The notes: generated by a model not told the origin, from the letters alone. A DNA stretch of 64,000 nucleotides from a bacterium (GCA_965207065.1 OZ242260.1:3968001-4032000), one strand, 5' to 3'. Shown: positions 37,293 through 47,460, numbered from the stretch's first letter. Numbers and translations: made by a program.

Positions 37293-37440
37293 GCGTATTC
37301 TCCCAGGATATGGGTCCCTCATTTTCCCCGTTAATTGATGACTATAGGAGCCGAACGCGCGTTTCGTCAAATCCTCCTGTAGTGACAGCCCCTCCTCGGG
37401 GCTGTCCCCCTACCCTGACGAACTCCCCCCGTCACCATGC

Positions 37441-37469
37441 TTGACACGGAACCACCCGAGCCATACGAT
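37441..37469 (+). promoter_or_regulatory. Putative sigma70 promoter TTGACA-N17-TACGAT upstream of the Liv-type binding protein
   Basis: Consensus -35, 17-bp spacer, near-consensus -10. Confidence 0.55.
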
Positions 37470-37764
37470 TCATTCCATTCATCATCCTTCATAAAGAACC
37501 GGAATAGAGAAAGCTTCCTGCCATGAACCAGGAGGCGCTTGTGATGGATTCTCCCTTTCTCTTAAGAAGGCTATCCACTGGATACCCGTCCGCAAATTTT
37601 CCGGCGGGCGCTGGCCGTCTTCTGAATCAAGCCCATCCGGATCACCGGCCTCTTCCTTTGCCAACAGGTTCCCGAACGGGAACATTTCTTCTTTTCACCA
37701 AGGGCCGCAACCCCCGAAGCTGCCGGAACTACAGGAGCGGACCCTTCATAATGGAGGAAATACG

Positions 37765-38982
37765 ATGAGCGCACGCATGAAACGAGGGTTTTGCATATTT
37801 ATCGGACTGGCGTTCGCCTTGGGCGTCGTTCTCTCGACCGCGCCTGTAGAGGCGGCCAAGAAACCGCTCACGATCGGAGTGGCGATCGCCCTCACGGGCA
37901 AGGTCTCCAAATCCGGGAAACTCACCCTGCGCGGATACGAGATGTGGCAGCGCGACGTCAACGCGAAAGGAGGGCTCCTGGGCCGGAAAGTGCAGTTCAA
38001 GGTCTATGACGATGAAAGCAACCCCACCACCGGAGCGAAGCTCGTCGAACGCCTCATCAACCGCGACAAGGTGGACATGATCTTCGGGCCGTTCAGCAGT
38101 CCGGTAACCTACGCGACGAGCACGGTCACCGAGAAATACCGCTTTCCGATGATCGCGGGCGGCTCGAGCAGTTCCAAGCCGTTTTCGAGAGGCTACAAAT
38201 ACCTCTTCCAGGTGATGCGGGTGAACAACGACGCCCTGCTCGGCAACCTCTCCCTCTTGAAGGAGAAGGGAGCGAAGACCATCGTCATCATCCACTCGGC
38301 CAGCATCTATCCCTCCTCTCTGGCCAGAGGAGTTCGGAAACTGGGCGAGAAGCTCGGATTCAAGGTGCTCTCGGTCGACAAGTATCCCCCCAAGACGACG
38401 GACTTCACCTCGCTTCTGCTCAAGGCGAAAGGCCTGAACCCCGACGTGCTCTGCCTGTTCGGCTACTATCCCGACGGTCTGGCCATCTCCAAGCAGGTGA
38501 AGGAGCTGGACGTCAACCCCCGCCACCTGAACGTCATGCTCGGCGCTTCCTATGACGAGTACGGCTCCAAGAAAGGCGCCGGCCAGGACGCGAACTACGT
38601 GAGCGGCTACACGGGCTGGGAGCCGTTCATGAACACGCCGGGCAACAAGGAGTTCGTGAAGAAGTATTTCGATCAATACAAGGACGAGCGCTTGATGGAC
38701 TCGCACGTCGCCTACGGCTACCTCGTCGGCGAGGTGATGGAGCGGGCGGTGAACCAGGTCGGCTCGTTCGACCGCGACAAGATACGCGACGCCATCGCTT
38801 CAATGAAGTTCAACAGCCTGATGCCGGGGCAATTCCGGGTGGACCCGAAGTCCGGCATGCAGCTCGGCCACGAGTGGGCGGCCTTCCAGTGGCAAAACGG
38901 CAAGAAGGTCATCGTATGGCCGAAGAACGTCGCCACCGGCAAGTTCGTCTACCCCACGCCCAAGTGGAGAGCAAGAAACTAG
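37765..38982 (+). CDS. Branched-chain amino acid (HAAT) ABC substrate-binding protein
   Basis: Signal peptide, NAKGGLLGRKV, YDDESNP, GPFSS, QWQNG...VWP. Confidence 0.9.
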   Translation: MSARMKRGFCIFIGLAFALGVVLSTAPVEAAKKPLTIGVAIALTGKVSKSGKLTLRGYEMWQRDVNAKGGLLGRKVQFKVYDDESNPTTGAKLVERLINRDKVDMIFGPFSSPVTYATSTVTEKYRFPMIAGGSSSSKPFSRGYKYLFQVMRVNNDALLGNLSLLKEKGAKTIVIIHSASIYPSSLARGVRKLGEKLGFKVLSVDKYPPKTTDFTSLLLKAKGLNPDVLCLFGYYPDGLAISKQVKELDVNPRHLNVMLGASYDEYGSKKGAGQDANYVSGYTGWEPFMNTPGNKEFVKKYFDQYKDERLMDSHVAYGYLVGEVMERAVNQVGSFDRDKIRDAIASMKFNSLMPGQFRVDPKSGMQLGHEWAAFQWQNGKKVIVWPKNVATGKFVYPTPKWRARN

Positions 38983-39015
38983 CCGCTTCCTGCGCAGGAG
39001 GGTGTGAACAAGGAC

Positions 39016-39090
39016 GTAGGGACAAGTCGCGACCTGTCCGAAGGCTGATGAGAATTGGAGTGGGGGCGGTTCGCGAACCGCCCCTACAGG
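39016..39090. repeat. REP pair between the binding protein and the permease
   Basis: gtagggacaagtcgcgacctgtcc and ggggcggttcgcgaaccgcccctac. Confidence 0.8.
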
Positions 39091-39180
39091 TGGGGCGCTC
39101 TATTGGCGAGATAGGGTGCAGGTGGCGACAGAGAGGTTGACCAAACAGGCGATACCTACGCCCGAGGGGGATCGTAAGCC

Positions 39181-40059
39181 GTGAGTATGGAAATTATGCC
39201 GGTAATGCTCTCACAGGCCGTCATCAGCGGTTTGCTGATGGGAGCGGTTTACGCCCTGCTCGCGCTCGGCCTCACGATGGTCTTCGGCGTCATGCACGTC
39301 ATCAACATCTCTCACGGAGAGATGCTCATGCTGGGCGCCTACGTGAGCTTCTGGCTCTTTCATCAGTTCGGCCTGAGCCCCCTGCTGGCCATCCTGGCCG
39401 CCGCTCCACTCATGTTCGCCGTGGGAGCCCTCATCGAAAAAGGCATCGTCGACAAGATCGTCGAAGACATCGAGACGAACTCACTCCTCGTCACATTCGG
39501 GATATCTATCTGCATCGTGAACATCGCCATCTGGCTTTGGACTACCGACTTCAAGGCCATCCCATACCTCACCGGCTCGTGGTTCTACGGATCGTTGGTT
39601 TTCCCCAAGCCCCGCATGGTGGCCGCCGCCCTTGCCCTCGCACTGACTGCGCTCGTCTACTTCTTCCTCAAATACTCCCGGCTCGGGAAGGCAATCCGCG
39701 CGACTGCGGGCAGCCACGACCTCGCGGCTACATGCGGAATTTACGTGAAGCGCATCTACTTGATCACCTTTGGCCTGGCGAGCGCGATGGGCGGGGCCGC
39801 AGGCGTTCTGGCGAGCATCATGTTCGCCATCTACCCCGAGATGGGCGAATCGTTCCTGATGCGCTCGTTCACCGTAATCGTGCTCGGCGGAATGGGCCAC
39901 GTCGTCGGCGCCGTGCTCGGCGGAATGATCCTGGGACTCGCGGAGGGCATCGGCAGCCTCTTTCTCAGCGGAGAAGGTGGCGGGGCGATATCGTTCGCCA
40001 TCCTGTTGCTCATCCTCATCTTTCGGCCCACGGGCCTCATGGGCCGCCGGGCGGAATGA
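39181..40059 (+). CDS. livH: HAAT ABC permease, LivH-like
   Basis: LGLTMVFGVMHVINISHGE, GKAIRA, VLGGMG, RPTGLMG. Confidence 0.9.
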   Translation: MSMEIMPVMLSQAVISGLLMGAVYALLALGLTMVFGVMHVINISHGEMLMLGAYVSFWLFHQFGLSPLLAILAAAPLMFAVGALIEKGIVDKIVEDIETNSLLVTFGISICIVNIAIWLWTTDFKAIPYLTGSWFYGSLVFPKPRMVAAALALALTALVYFFLKYSRLGKAIRATAGSHDLAATCGIYVKRIYLITFGLASAMGGAAGVLASIMFAIYPEMGESFLMRSFTVIVLGGMGHVVGAVLGGMILGLAEGIGSLFLSGEGGGAISFAILLLILIFRPTGLMGRRAE

Positions 40060-40066
40060 CGCGCAC

Positions 40067-40993
40067 GTGAAAAAATACGCTCTCTTTATCGCCGCACTGG
40101 CCGCGCTGTGTCTCTATCCCGTTTTCATGGGGCCTTATTTCATTTCGATGGCGCTTTTGATCTTCATGTACATCAGCCTGGCCAGTAGCTGGAACATCAT
40201 CTCCGGCTTCGCGGGCTACATTTCGCTGGGGCATGCGGTCTTCTTCGGGGTCGGCGCGTATTTGACAGCGCTGCAGATAACGAACTTCGGCACGCACTGG
40301 CTGCCTGCCTCTCTTATCGCGGGCGTGGGCGCATCCCTGCTGGCGGTTCCCGTGGGAGCGCTATGCCTGCGCCTCCGGGGACCTTTTTTCGCCATCTTCA
40401 TGCTCGGCCTGAACGAACTGATGGCCATCATCGCCTCGGTCTTCGACGAGATTACGGGCGGCGCGGAGGGGCTCTCCCTCCCCATCATCCGCCAGATCAT
40501 CCCGCTCTACTTCGCGATGGGCCTCGTGGCACTTTCTGTTTTTCTCGTAATGAAGTGGCTCGAATCGAGCCGCTTCGGCCTGAGACTCCTCTCGATCCGC
40601 GAAGACGAGACGGCGGCGGACACGCTGGGGACGAACACGACCCTCTACAAGTTGATCGCCTTCATCATGAGCGCGTTCTTCCCGGGCGTCGTAGGGGGGA
40701 TTTACGCCCGCTACATCACCTACATCGACCCCGAGACGGTGTTCAACATTCTCTTCAGCGTCCAGATGGTGCTCATGTGCATCCTGGGCGGGCGGGGCAC
40801 GGCGTGGGGACCGGTTATCGGGGCGACGTCGCTCTATCTCATCCTGGAGTTCACCTGGGCGAACTTTCCCCACTTCCACAAGCTGGCTTCAGGGTTCTTA
40901 ATCGTACTGATCATTCTCTACGCCCCGCGCGGGATTATGGGCTTCATATACGGGAGGGGGCTCGCGCAGCTGCGGCCATCGTTCAGGAATTAA
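40067..40993 (+). CDS. livM: HAAT ABC permease, LivM-like (GTG start)
   Basis: WNIISGFAGYISLGH, LRLRGPFFA, SIREDE, LGGRGT, PRGIMG. Confidence 0.9.
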   Translation: MKKYALFIAALAALCLYPVFMGPYFISMALLIFMYISLASSWNIISGFAGYISLGHAVFFGVGAYLTALQITNFGTHWLPASLIAGVGASLLAVPVGALCLRLRGPFFAIFMLGLNELMAIIASVFDEITGGAEGLSLPIIRQIIPLYFAMGLVALSVFLVMKWLESSRFGLRLLSIREDETAADTLGTNTTLYKLIAFIMSAFFPGVVGGIYARYITYIDPETVFNILFSVQMVLMCILGGRGTAWGPVIGATSLYLILEFTWANFPHFHKLASGFLIVLIILYAPRGIMGFIYGRGLAQLRPSFRN

Positions 40994-41132
40994 AACGCAT
41001 GCGCCGCGTTTTGAGGTGAGAGTCAGTAGGTATATGATGGAAAGAAAATCGGGAGAATAAAAGCCGATGGAACGCGCACAGCCCATCTGGTTTTCTTTGG
41101 TTTCGCATCGTCCTTGAAAAGGGGAGCGCATC

Positions 41133-42104
41133 ATGGAATACACCAAATCAGAAGCGAAAGCGTATTGCCGCGAGCACATGACGGGCGTCTGGGCAGCCCT
41201 CACGACACCCTTCACGCCATCTGGAGAACTGGACGAAGAGGGCCTTCGCCGGATCGTGAGGACCTGCATCGACGATCTGAAGATCGACGGGTTTTTCTGC
41301 AACGGGCTGATGGGCGAGTACTGGTCGCTCTCGCCGGAAGAACGCAAGCGCGTGCAGCACATTGTCTGCGAGGAGAGCCGGGGAGGCGCGCAGACCATCC
41401 CCCACACGCCGCACATCAACATCAAGGAGGCGGTCGAACTCACGAAACACGCAGAGGAAGTGGGGGCGGATTACGCCATCATGATCAACCCGATCTACGG
41501 CGCGCACGATGACGACGAGATTTTCCTCTACTTCAAGACCATCTGCGATCAGATAGATATCGGGCTTTCACTGTTCAACCAGCCGAAGTCGGGAACCACG
41601 CTCAGCCCCGAGCTCATCGAGCGGCTGTGTGAGCTTGAGAACATCTGCTGCATCAAGAACGCGGTTCCGAGCATGGCGCACCAGAGCGAAGTACGACGCC
41701 GCGTGGGGGACGAAATCGTCGTCTGCGACCCGAACGAGGAGAACTTTCTCGTGAGCCTCCTCCACCTGGGAATGCAGGTGCACATGTCCTCGCCCGTGCC
41801 GTATCTCTTCCAGGTGCCGGGCTACACGCCGATACGCGATTACTACGAGGCGGCGATGGCGGGCGACCTGGAGAAGGCCTGGCAGATCAACTACTCGCTC
41901 GAGCCCCTGCGCACGGTCCGCAAGAAGTATTTCACGACGGGTCCGAACGGGCGCACGACGGCGTATCTCAAAGAATGGTCGAGTCTGCTCGGCATGCCCG
42001 CAGGCGATCCGCGTCCTCCCATCGTGCCCCTCACGCAGCGGGAGAAGGACGCGTTCAGAAAAGACCTGGAGGCGACGGGGATACTGGATAAGGTGAAGGG
42101 GTAG
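41133..42104 (+). CDS. Dihydrodipicolinate synthase (DapA/NanA) family class I aldolase/lyase
   Basis: ALTTPF, GLMGEYWSLSPEER, LFNQP, ICCIK (Schiff-base Lys), PRPP. Confidence 0.85.
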   Translation: MEYTKSEAKAYCREHMTGVWAALTTPFTPSGELDEEGLRRIVRTCIDDLKIDGFFCNGLMGEYWSLSPEERKRVQHIVCEESRGGAQTIPHTPHINIKEAVELTKHAEEVGADYAIMINPIYGAHDDDEIFLYFKTICDQIDIGLSLFNQPKSGTTLSPELIERLCELENICCIKNAVPSMAHQSEVRRRVGDEIVVCDPNEENFLVSLLHLGMQVHMSSPVPYLFQVPGYTPIRDYYEAAMAGDLEKAWQINYSLEPLRTVRKKYFTTGPNGRTTAYLKEWSSLLGMPAGDPRPPIVPLTQREKDAFRKDLEATGILDKVKG

Positions 42105-42118
42105 GAACGATTGAACCT

Positions 42119-42320
42119 GTAGGGGCGGACCTGTGTGCCTCTACGATATCATTGGCTCACGTCTGCCGTAGGGACAGGTCGCGACCTGTCCCTACGCTTC
42201 GTTTCGATTCGCAGGTTTCTGTAGGGTGGGCTTAGTCAGGACAGGCACGGAGGCCTGTCCCTACGAAACACCTCGCATACGGAATCTGGTGTAGGGGCGG
42301 GCCCCCGTGCCCGCCCGCAT
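42119..42320. repeat. REP cluster between convergent genes
   Basis: GTAGGGACAGGTCGCGACCTGTCCCTAC at 42168-42195 plus other GTAG variants. Confidence 0.85.
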
Positions 42321-42338
42321 CGGGGAATTCCTCCCTGA

Positions 42339-43214
42339 TCACGCCGCCTGCCAGATGATCACCACCATGCCGATGAACAACAAGACGGCACCGGCCGTTT
42401 TCTGCCAAGTGATCTCCTCCTCCCCCTTGAGCCATACCCGCGCCAGCAGCAGGGAGAACAGCGGCGCCGTATAGACGATGGGGGCGATGATCGACACGTC
42501 GCCGTATTGATACGACGTGAAGTGGCAGAAAAAAGAAAGCGTGAGAATCGAGCCCGCCAGCGCGAACCCCTTAACACCCGCGCGGTTGAAGGAGAGGCGC
42601 TCGTTATCGGGCAGGAAGGGATAGAACAGGAACAGCACGGGGATGGAAATCGCATAGGAAAGCGTGGCCCCCAGCAGCGGTTCGGGCATGATGGTGAGCA
42701 CCTGTTTTCTAATGGATGCGGCGAAGGCGAACGAGACGGCGTGGGCCATCGGCATGAGGATGAAAATCCGCCGCCAGGGTTTTTCGCCTTCCCTTTTAAG
42801 CGCCAGCAGAACGCATCCCGCGACGACGAAGAGCGTCGCACCCAGTACCACGGCGCCCGGCCGCTCGCCCAGCCAGGCCATCGCCACGAGCGTGGAGAAA
42901 AAAGGCGTCACCGTGATGAGCGGCATGGCGCGGCCCACCCCGATATAGCTGATGCTCAGGAACATGAGCGCCTGCGCCAATCCGGGCGCGAGCGCGCCGC
43001 CCACCAGAAACCACAGGGCGACCGGCAGCGTGAGTTCACTCCATGAGGAGAGAAAGACCGAGATTACGACCAGAACCACCGTACCGATGCTGAGCGTGAT
43101 CAGGCTGCCCGTGAAGGCGCTCGTGTAGCGCATGGTTCTTCGCGCCATAACGCTGAAGACGGCGAACAGTACCGATGAGGCGAGCGCAAATAAGGAGGCC
43201 AGCAAGGGGTTCAA
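42339..43214 (-). CDS. DMT/EamA family transporter
   Basis: About 10 hydrophobic segments, IGVGRA, WLGE, duplicated EamA halves. Confidence 0.88.
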   Translation of the reverse strand: MNPLLASLFALASSVLFAVFSVMARRTMRYTSAFTGSLITLSIGTVVLVVISVFLSSWSELTLPVALWFLVGGALAPGLAQALMFLSISYIGVGRAMPLITVTPFFSTLVAMAWLGERPGAVVLGATLFVVAGCVLLALKREGEKPWRRIFILMPMAHAVSFAFAASIRKQVLTIMPEPLLGATLSYAISIPVLFLFYPFLPDNERLSFNRAGVKGFALAGSILTLSFFCHFTSYQYGDVSIIAPIVYTAPLFSLLLARVWLKGEEEITWQKTAGAVLLFIGMVVIIWQAA

Positions 43215-43248
43215 AAAATTCTCCAGATTGATGCTTTTTTCATTTCGC

Positions 43249-44124
43249 CTACGCGCTCGCCAAGGCGATGATGGCCGTCCCGATAAACAGAAGAGCCGAC
43301 CCGGCCCATTTCTGCCACGTCAGTTTCTCCTCCTCCCGCAGCCAGACCCGTGCGAGCAGAAGGGAGAACAAAGGAGCCGTATAACTCAAGGGCATGACGA
43401 TGAACACCTCTCCATACTGAAACGCGGCGAAAAACGCGATATACGCCACCATATTGATGAAGCCCGCGACCGTGAACCAAACAAACCCCCTCATGTCCAT
43501 CCGGAAGCGCTCGGCCTTTGGAAGGGCGGGAGCCAACAGCAAGAGCGTGGGCAGGGAGACGGCGTTCGCGATCAGCGCGCCAATGATGAAATCTCCATAC
43601 AGAAGCAATCCGTAGCGCCTGGAGGTATTTACGAAGGCCATCATGAAGGCGTGCAGAAAAGGATAAATCATGTGAATCCGCCGCCAGTCGGAATCGCCCT
43701 CGGGCTTGACCGTGAGGAAAAGGCACCCGCCCGTGACGAAAAAAATGGCGACCCAGACAGCGAGGTTCGGGTGCTCCCCGAGCCAGGCGATCGCCACCAG
43801 AGTCGCGAGGAAAGGCGTTATCGTCACCAAGGGCATCGTGCGGCCCACGCCGATGGTCCTGTAGCCCATAAAAAGAAGTAACCGGCTGAAGCCCGGCGCG
43901 AAGATACCGCCCACGAAGAACCACAGCGCCGCCTCGTACGTGAGCCCGCTCCAGTCCGAATAGACGAGAGAGAGGCCGCCCAGAATCGGAATCCCTATCG
44001 CCAGACCGATCACGGCGCCCACGTAGGGAGTGGTAGCTCCCAGAGCCTTGCGCGCGACGATGCTGAAGAAGGCGAACGAAACCGACGCCGTGAGACTCAA
44101 GGCGATGGCGAGGTGGTGATCCAA
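43249..44124 (-). CDS. DMT/EamA family transporter (tandem paralog)
   Basis: Clear similarity to 42339-43214 (YTAPLFSLLLARVWL). Confidence 0.88.
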   Translation of the reverse strand: MDHHLAIALSLTASVSFAFFSIVARKALGATTPYVGAVIGLAIGIPILGGLSLVYSDWSGLTYEAALWFFVGGIFAPGFSRLLLFMGYRTIGVGRTMPLVTITPFLATLVAIAWLGEHPNLAVWVAIFFVTGGCLFLTVKPEGDSDWRRIHMIYPFLHAFMMAFVNTSRRYGLLLYGDFIIGALIANAVSLPTLLLLAPALPKAERFRMDMRGFVWFTVAGFINMVAYIAFFAAFQYGEVFIVMPLSYTAPLFSLLLARVWLREEEKLTWQKWAGSALLFIGTAIIALASA

Positions 44125-44269
44125 GGAGAGAACTTACCGGACAGGGAATACGCGCAAGTATAAAAACCGGAGGGGAGGGTTCACGCCCGCGCACCTTCGT
44201 CGATGGCTGCCGGCTGCGTCCACCGCATCGCGAACACCCCTGGTTTCAGCAAGGGCCGCGCGCAAGCTC

Positions 44270-44782
44270 TCAGCAGCCCGTTTTTTTGCACCTGACGCAC
44301 TCGACGATGTTGTCCGGCTCGCTCGGCCTGGTAGAGTTTTTGACATCGTAGCCCTCCATCTTCCCGTCGCCGAACAAGCCGATGAGCATTCGCCCGTCCT
44401 CGAGGATGATGTAATCCCCAATCAAAACTCTTCCGGTGGCTTCATTCCGGGCGGCCCGCCGGTAAATGTTCCGTGTCCTGACTTTGTGGTTGCAAGAAGA
44501 CGCGTACCGGACTCCATTCTTCAGTGTGTGGACTTTCCCGTCCACGATTTCCGTCTGCGTTACGCGCTCGCCTCCGGAAGCCCAGCCGTCCATGAAGGTA
44601 ACTCTCTGGATTCCGTCTTCACCCACAGCGAAGGATATTTTCACGTAGCGGGTATTGCCGCAAATCCATTCACCGATCATCGCCGGGTTACACTCGCTTA
44701 CAGGCTCGGCGGCGGACGCGCCCCCGGCAGGAACGATGAAGACGAGTGATAGAAGCAACGCTTTCAGGACGTAATAAAACAT
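44270..44782 (-). CDS. Exported hypothetical protein
   Basis: GGAGG RBS, signal peptide ending ASA-A, Cys-containing beta-rich mature part. Confidence 0.65.
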   Translation of the reverse strand: MFYYVLKALLLSLVFIVPAGGASAAEPVSECNPAMIGEWICGNTRYVKISFAVGEDGIQRVTFMDGWASGGERVTQTEIVDGKVHTLKNGVRYASSCNHKVRTRNIYRRAARNEATGRVLIGDYIILEDGRMLIGLFGDGKMEGYDVKNSTRPSEPDNIVECVRCKKTGC

Positions 44783-45021
44783 GAACGCCTCCCCGTGAAC
44801 GTCCGGTTCCGCGGAATTCTACACCAGGCCACCGAAATCCGCCGCTCGTATCAAGGGAAGCGTGGGGCGGGAGGTCAGCCCCCTTTGCATGTACCCCGAG
44901 CGTCATGCGGATCTGACCCCTCTTCGCCTCGGTCCGCACGCAGGAAGCCGGCCCACGGCGTAAGCGGGCTGGCATTTTGATCCGGGATGGGGTATATTTC
45001 TTCCAGATTGGAGGAAAGATA

Positions 45022-45732
45022 ATGGCGACCAGCATTGCGGACCGGGCCATTTCGGCGAACGAGGCGGCCTGCGTCACCGGCGTGCCCCTGAAACAGGTGC
45101 ACCGCATCATCGACTCGGGCCTCCTGGGCGCCGCCGCGAAAAGCCACAAGGGCTCCCGCTTCGTCCTTTACGACGGCCTGGTGGGCCTCAAGCTCGCTCA
45201 CGAGACGACAGACACCCTCACCCTCGACGGACGCCGTCGGCTCGTGCGCTATCTTCTCGAGAATCCGAAGGCCGGGACGGCCCGTGAAAACAACGTGTCC
45301 GTCGACGTGCGGCCCATGAAGGGGCAATTGCGCAGAGGGCTTTCCAGGCTCGCGAGGGCGCGCAAGATGATTGTAGCCGATGAGGCCGTACTCTCCGGCG
45401 CGGCGTGCATCAAGGGAACCCGCATACCCGCTCACGATATCGCCGAAATGCTCGCTGGCGGCGACGGCGTGGACGCCGTCCGCACGGCTTACCCCTCCCT
45501 CGCGGAGGCCCAGATCGAAGCCGCGGCCCTCTATGCCCGGGCCTACCCGCGCCGCGGCCGCCCCCGTCGAGGGCCCTTCTGGCGCAGCCGAAAACCGATC
45601 ATATCGAGCGAGGTCGATTTCCGGGAGCTGACTACCAGCCGGGTCAAGGAGCGCAACGCCCGGTATGACCAGGAGGAACTCCTCGACCTGATCGACGAGG
45701 AGGTGGACGCCGCGCGTGCGGGTCGTTCTTGA
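45022..45732 (+). CDS. DUF433 family antitoxin-like protein with N-terminal HTH
   Basis: GGAGG RBS; VLSGAACIKGTRIP...AYPSL...IEAAALY DUF433 signature. Confidence 0.8.
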   Translation: MATSIADRAISANEAACVTGVPLKQVHRIIDSGLLGAAAKSHKGSRFVLYDGLVGLKLAHETTDTLTLDGRRRLVRYLLENPKAGTARENNVSVDVRPMKGQLRRGLSRLARARKMIVADEAVLSGAACIKGTRIPAHDIAEMLAGGDGVDAVRTAYPSLAEAQIEAAALYARAYPRRGRPRRGPFWRSRKPIISSEVDFRELTTSRVKERNARYDQEELLDLIDEEVDAARAGRS

Positions 45733-45774
45733 CGACACCTGCCACTCTTCAGGCCAGTCATAGTGGTCGCTTAT

Positions 45775-46003
45775 GGGGTTGTTGGAAAAGCCCTGACGGA
45801 TCGGGCTGACCCACTCCCCGCTTGGTCGAGATGTCAATACTCGTGTATGTGGCGCTCCCAAAAAGGGAGCGCTACCTACAAAATCTCGACATCGGGCGTT
45901 TGCGAGGTGGTAGGGACAGGTCGCAACCTGTGTGGCAGCCCCGTGTAGGGGCTGCCACTACAATAGAACCCCAACCGAACCGTAAGGGGTTATTCAACAT
46001 TCC
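45775..46003. mobile_element. MITE-like REP module with GGGGTTGTTG...TTCAACA ends
   Basis: Ends resemble the other modules; contains gcgctccc-aaaa-gggagcgctac and gtggcagcccc-gtgta-ggggctgccac. Confidence 0.5.
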
Positions 46004-46110
46004 ACCGCAAGGAGGGAGTGAAACCCGAACGCCCATGAAAGCGGCGAATAACGCCGCATACATCTGTGCCGATGGCGTAGGGCAATCATCCGCCCAGAAT
46101 TGCGCTCCCC

Positions 46111-47343
46111 CTAGAAATACACCTCACCGGGCCTGACGGGCGGCGTCCATTCGCACTCGCCGAACGGGCCGTCGCTTTTCTCCTTGACGTAGGCGATGCG
46201 ATCCTCGTTCACGCTCTCACCTATCAGCGTCCGGTGCAGCCAGTCGAGAATATACTGATGGTTGTCCATGCCGCCCAGGTTCTTCAAGCTCACGAGGGGG
46301 TGGAACTGGTTCTCGAACACCCACATCTCTTTCTTGCAAGTGAGGTCCTCATACACCTCGATGGCGTCCTCGAGCGGGCAGAGGGGGTCGAACTCGCCCG
46401 TCACCAGCAGCGTGGGGCACTGGATCTTGTCCATGTAGCCCTTGACGGTCATGTTGCGCGCCATCTCGTCGAACGCATCCTCATCGTCCATGCCGGCCAT
46501 GTACATGAACACCTGCTTGAAGCGCGGCGAGGACTGCGTGAAGATGGTGTTGTTCGGGTTGAAGCACGCCACGGCGCTCGCCACCGCCGCCGCCCTGTGG
46601 TCGTAGCTCGCCAGGCGAAGCGACCAGAAGCTCCCCATGCTGATGCCGTAGATGCCGATCTTGGTGGGCTCGATTTCCTCGCGCCCCAGGAGGTAGTCCA
46701 TCACCGCGGCGCCCGCGCGCTCGTAGTTGTCACCCACGGCGCGTATTTTCTGGATGTTGGAATTGCCCTGCCCCGGACCGTCCATCGCCAGGACGTGAAA
46801 TCCCCTGTCGGCCGCCACGTTGTGCCGCGCGTGGGGGAAAACCTCCTTGCTCTGGTCCATGCCCGGCACGTAGATGATGCAGGGCGCCTTCCTGCGGTCG
46901 GGCAGCAGGTGCAGGAGGCATGAGATGGTCTTGCCGTCGTCGAAGGGCACCTCGACGCGCTCGATAGGGTAGGAGGCCGTTTCTGAGCGCCTGTCGACCA
47001 CCTCCTTCAGCTTGTTGCACAGATAGATCTTCACGGGGTTGTCGTCATAGAAAATCGGGTGCTGCGCCATGCGGTACGCCTCGATGGCGTGGTCGTAGTG
47101 CTCCGTGGCCGTGGCGTCAAAACCTTCCCGCTGGGCTTTCTTCCCGAGCTTTTCATGCTCCTCGGCGGACTCGCGCCAGACCTTGGGCAACATCTGGTAG
47201 TTGTGGGCGCGCTTGCCCTGGGGGACTTCGAGGTAATCGCGCTCGAAGTTCTGGACGCGGCCCCTCATGTTCAGGGCCAGGTCGAGCATCCACTGCTGGT
47301 TGTCTCTTTCGGTGCGTAGTTTGCGAATCATTTTCCTCTCCAC
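46111..47343 (-). CDS. Alpha/beta hydrolase (FrsA/DUF1100, 2,6-dihydroxypseudooxynicotine hydrolase-like)
   Basis: PGMD, DGPGQG, GISMG nucleophile elbow, GEFDPL, FH. Confidence 0.82.
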   Translation of the reverse strand: MERKMIRKLRTERDNQQWMLDLALNMRGRVQNFERDYLEVPQGKRAHNYQMLPKVWRESAEEHEKLGKKAQREGFDATATEHYDHAIEAYRMAQHPIFYDDNPVKIYLCNKLKEVVDRRSETASYPIERVEVPFDDGKTISCLLHLLPDRRKAPCIIYVPGMDQSKEVFPHARHNVAADRGFHVLAMDGPGQGNSNIQKIRAVGDNYERAGAAVMDYLLGREEIEPTKIGIYGISMGSFWSLRLASYDHRAAAVASAVACFNPNNTIFTQSSPRFKQVFMYMAGMDDEDAFDEMARNMTVKGYMDKIQCPTLLVTGEFDPLCPLEDAIEVYEDLTCKKEMWVFENQFHPLVSLKNLGGMDNHQYILDWLHRTLIGESVNEDRIAYVKEKSDGPFGECEWTPPVRPGEVYF

Positions 47344-47460
47344 GTTTGGTTAAAATGGCAAAAAAGTTTCGCCGAGAAATTTACCTGTTCTGGATTCGGG
47401 CGGAATGCCAAGCGGGCCGTCCCCCAATGGTCAATCCACCCGACACGAAATATAAAATCC

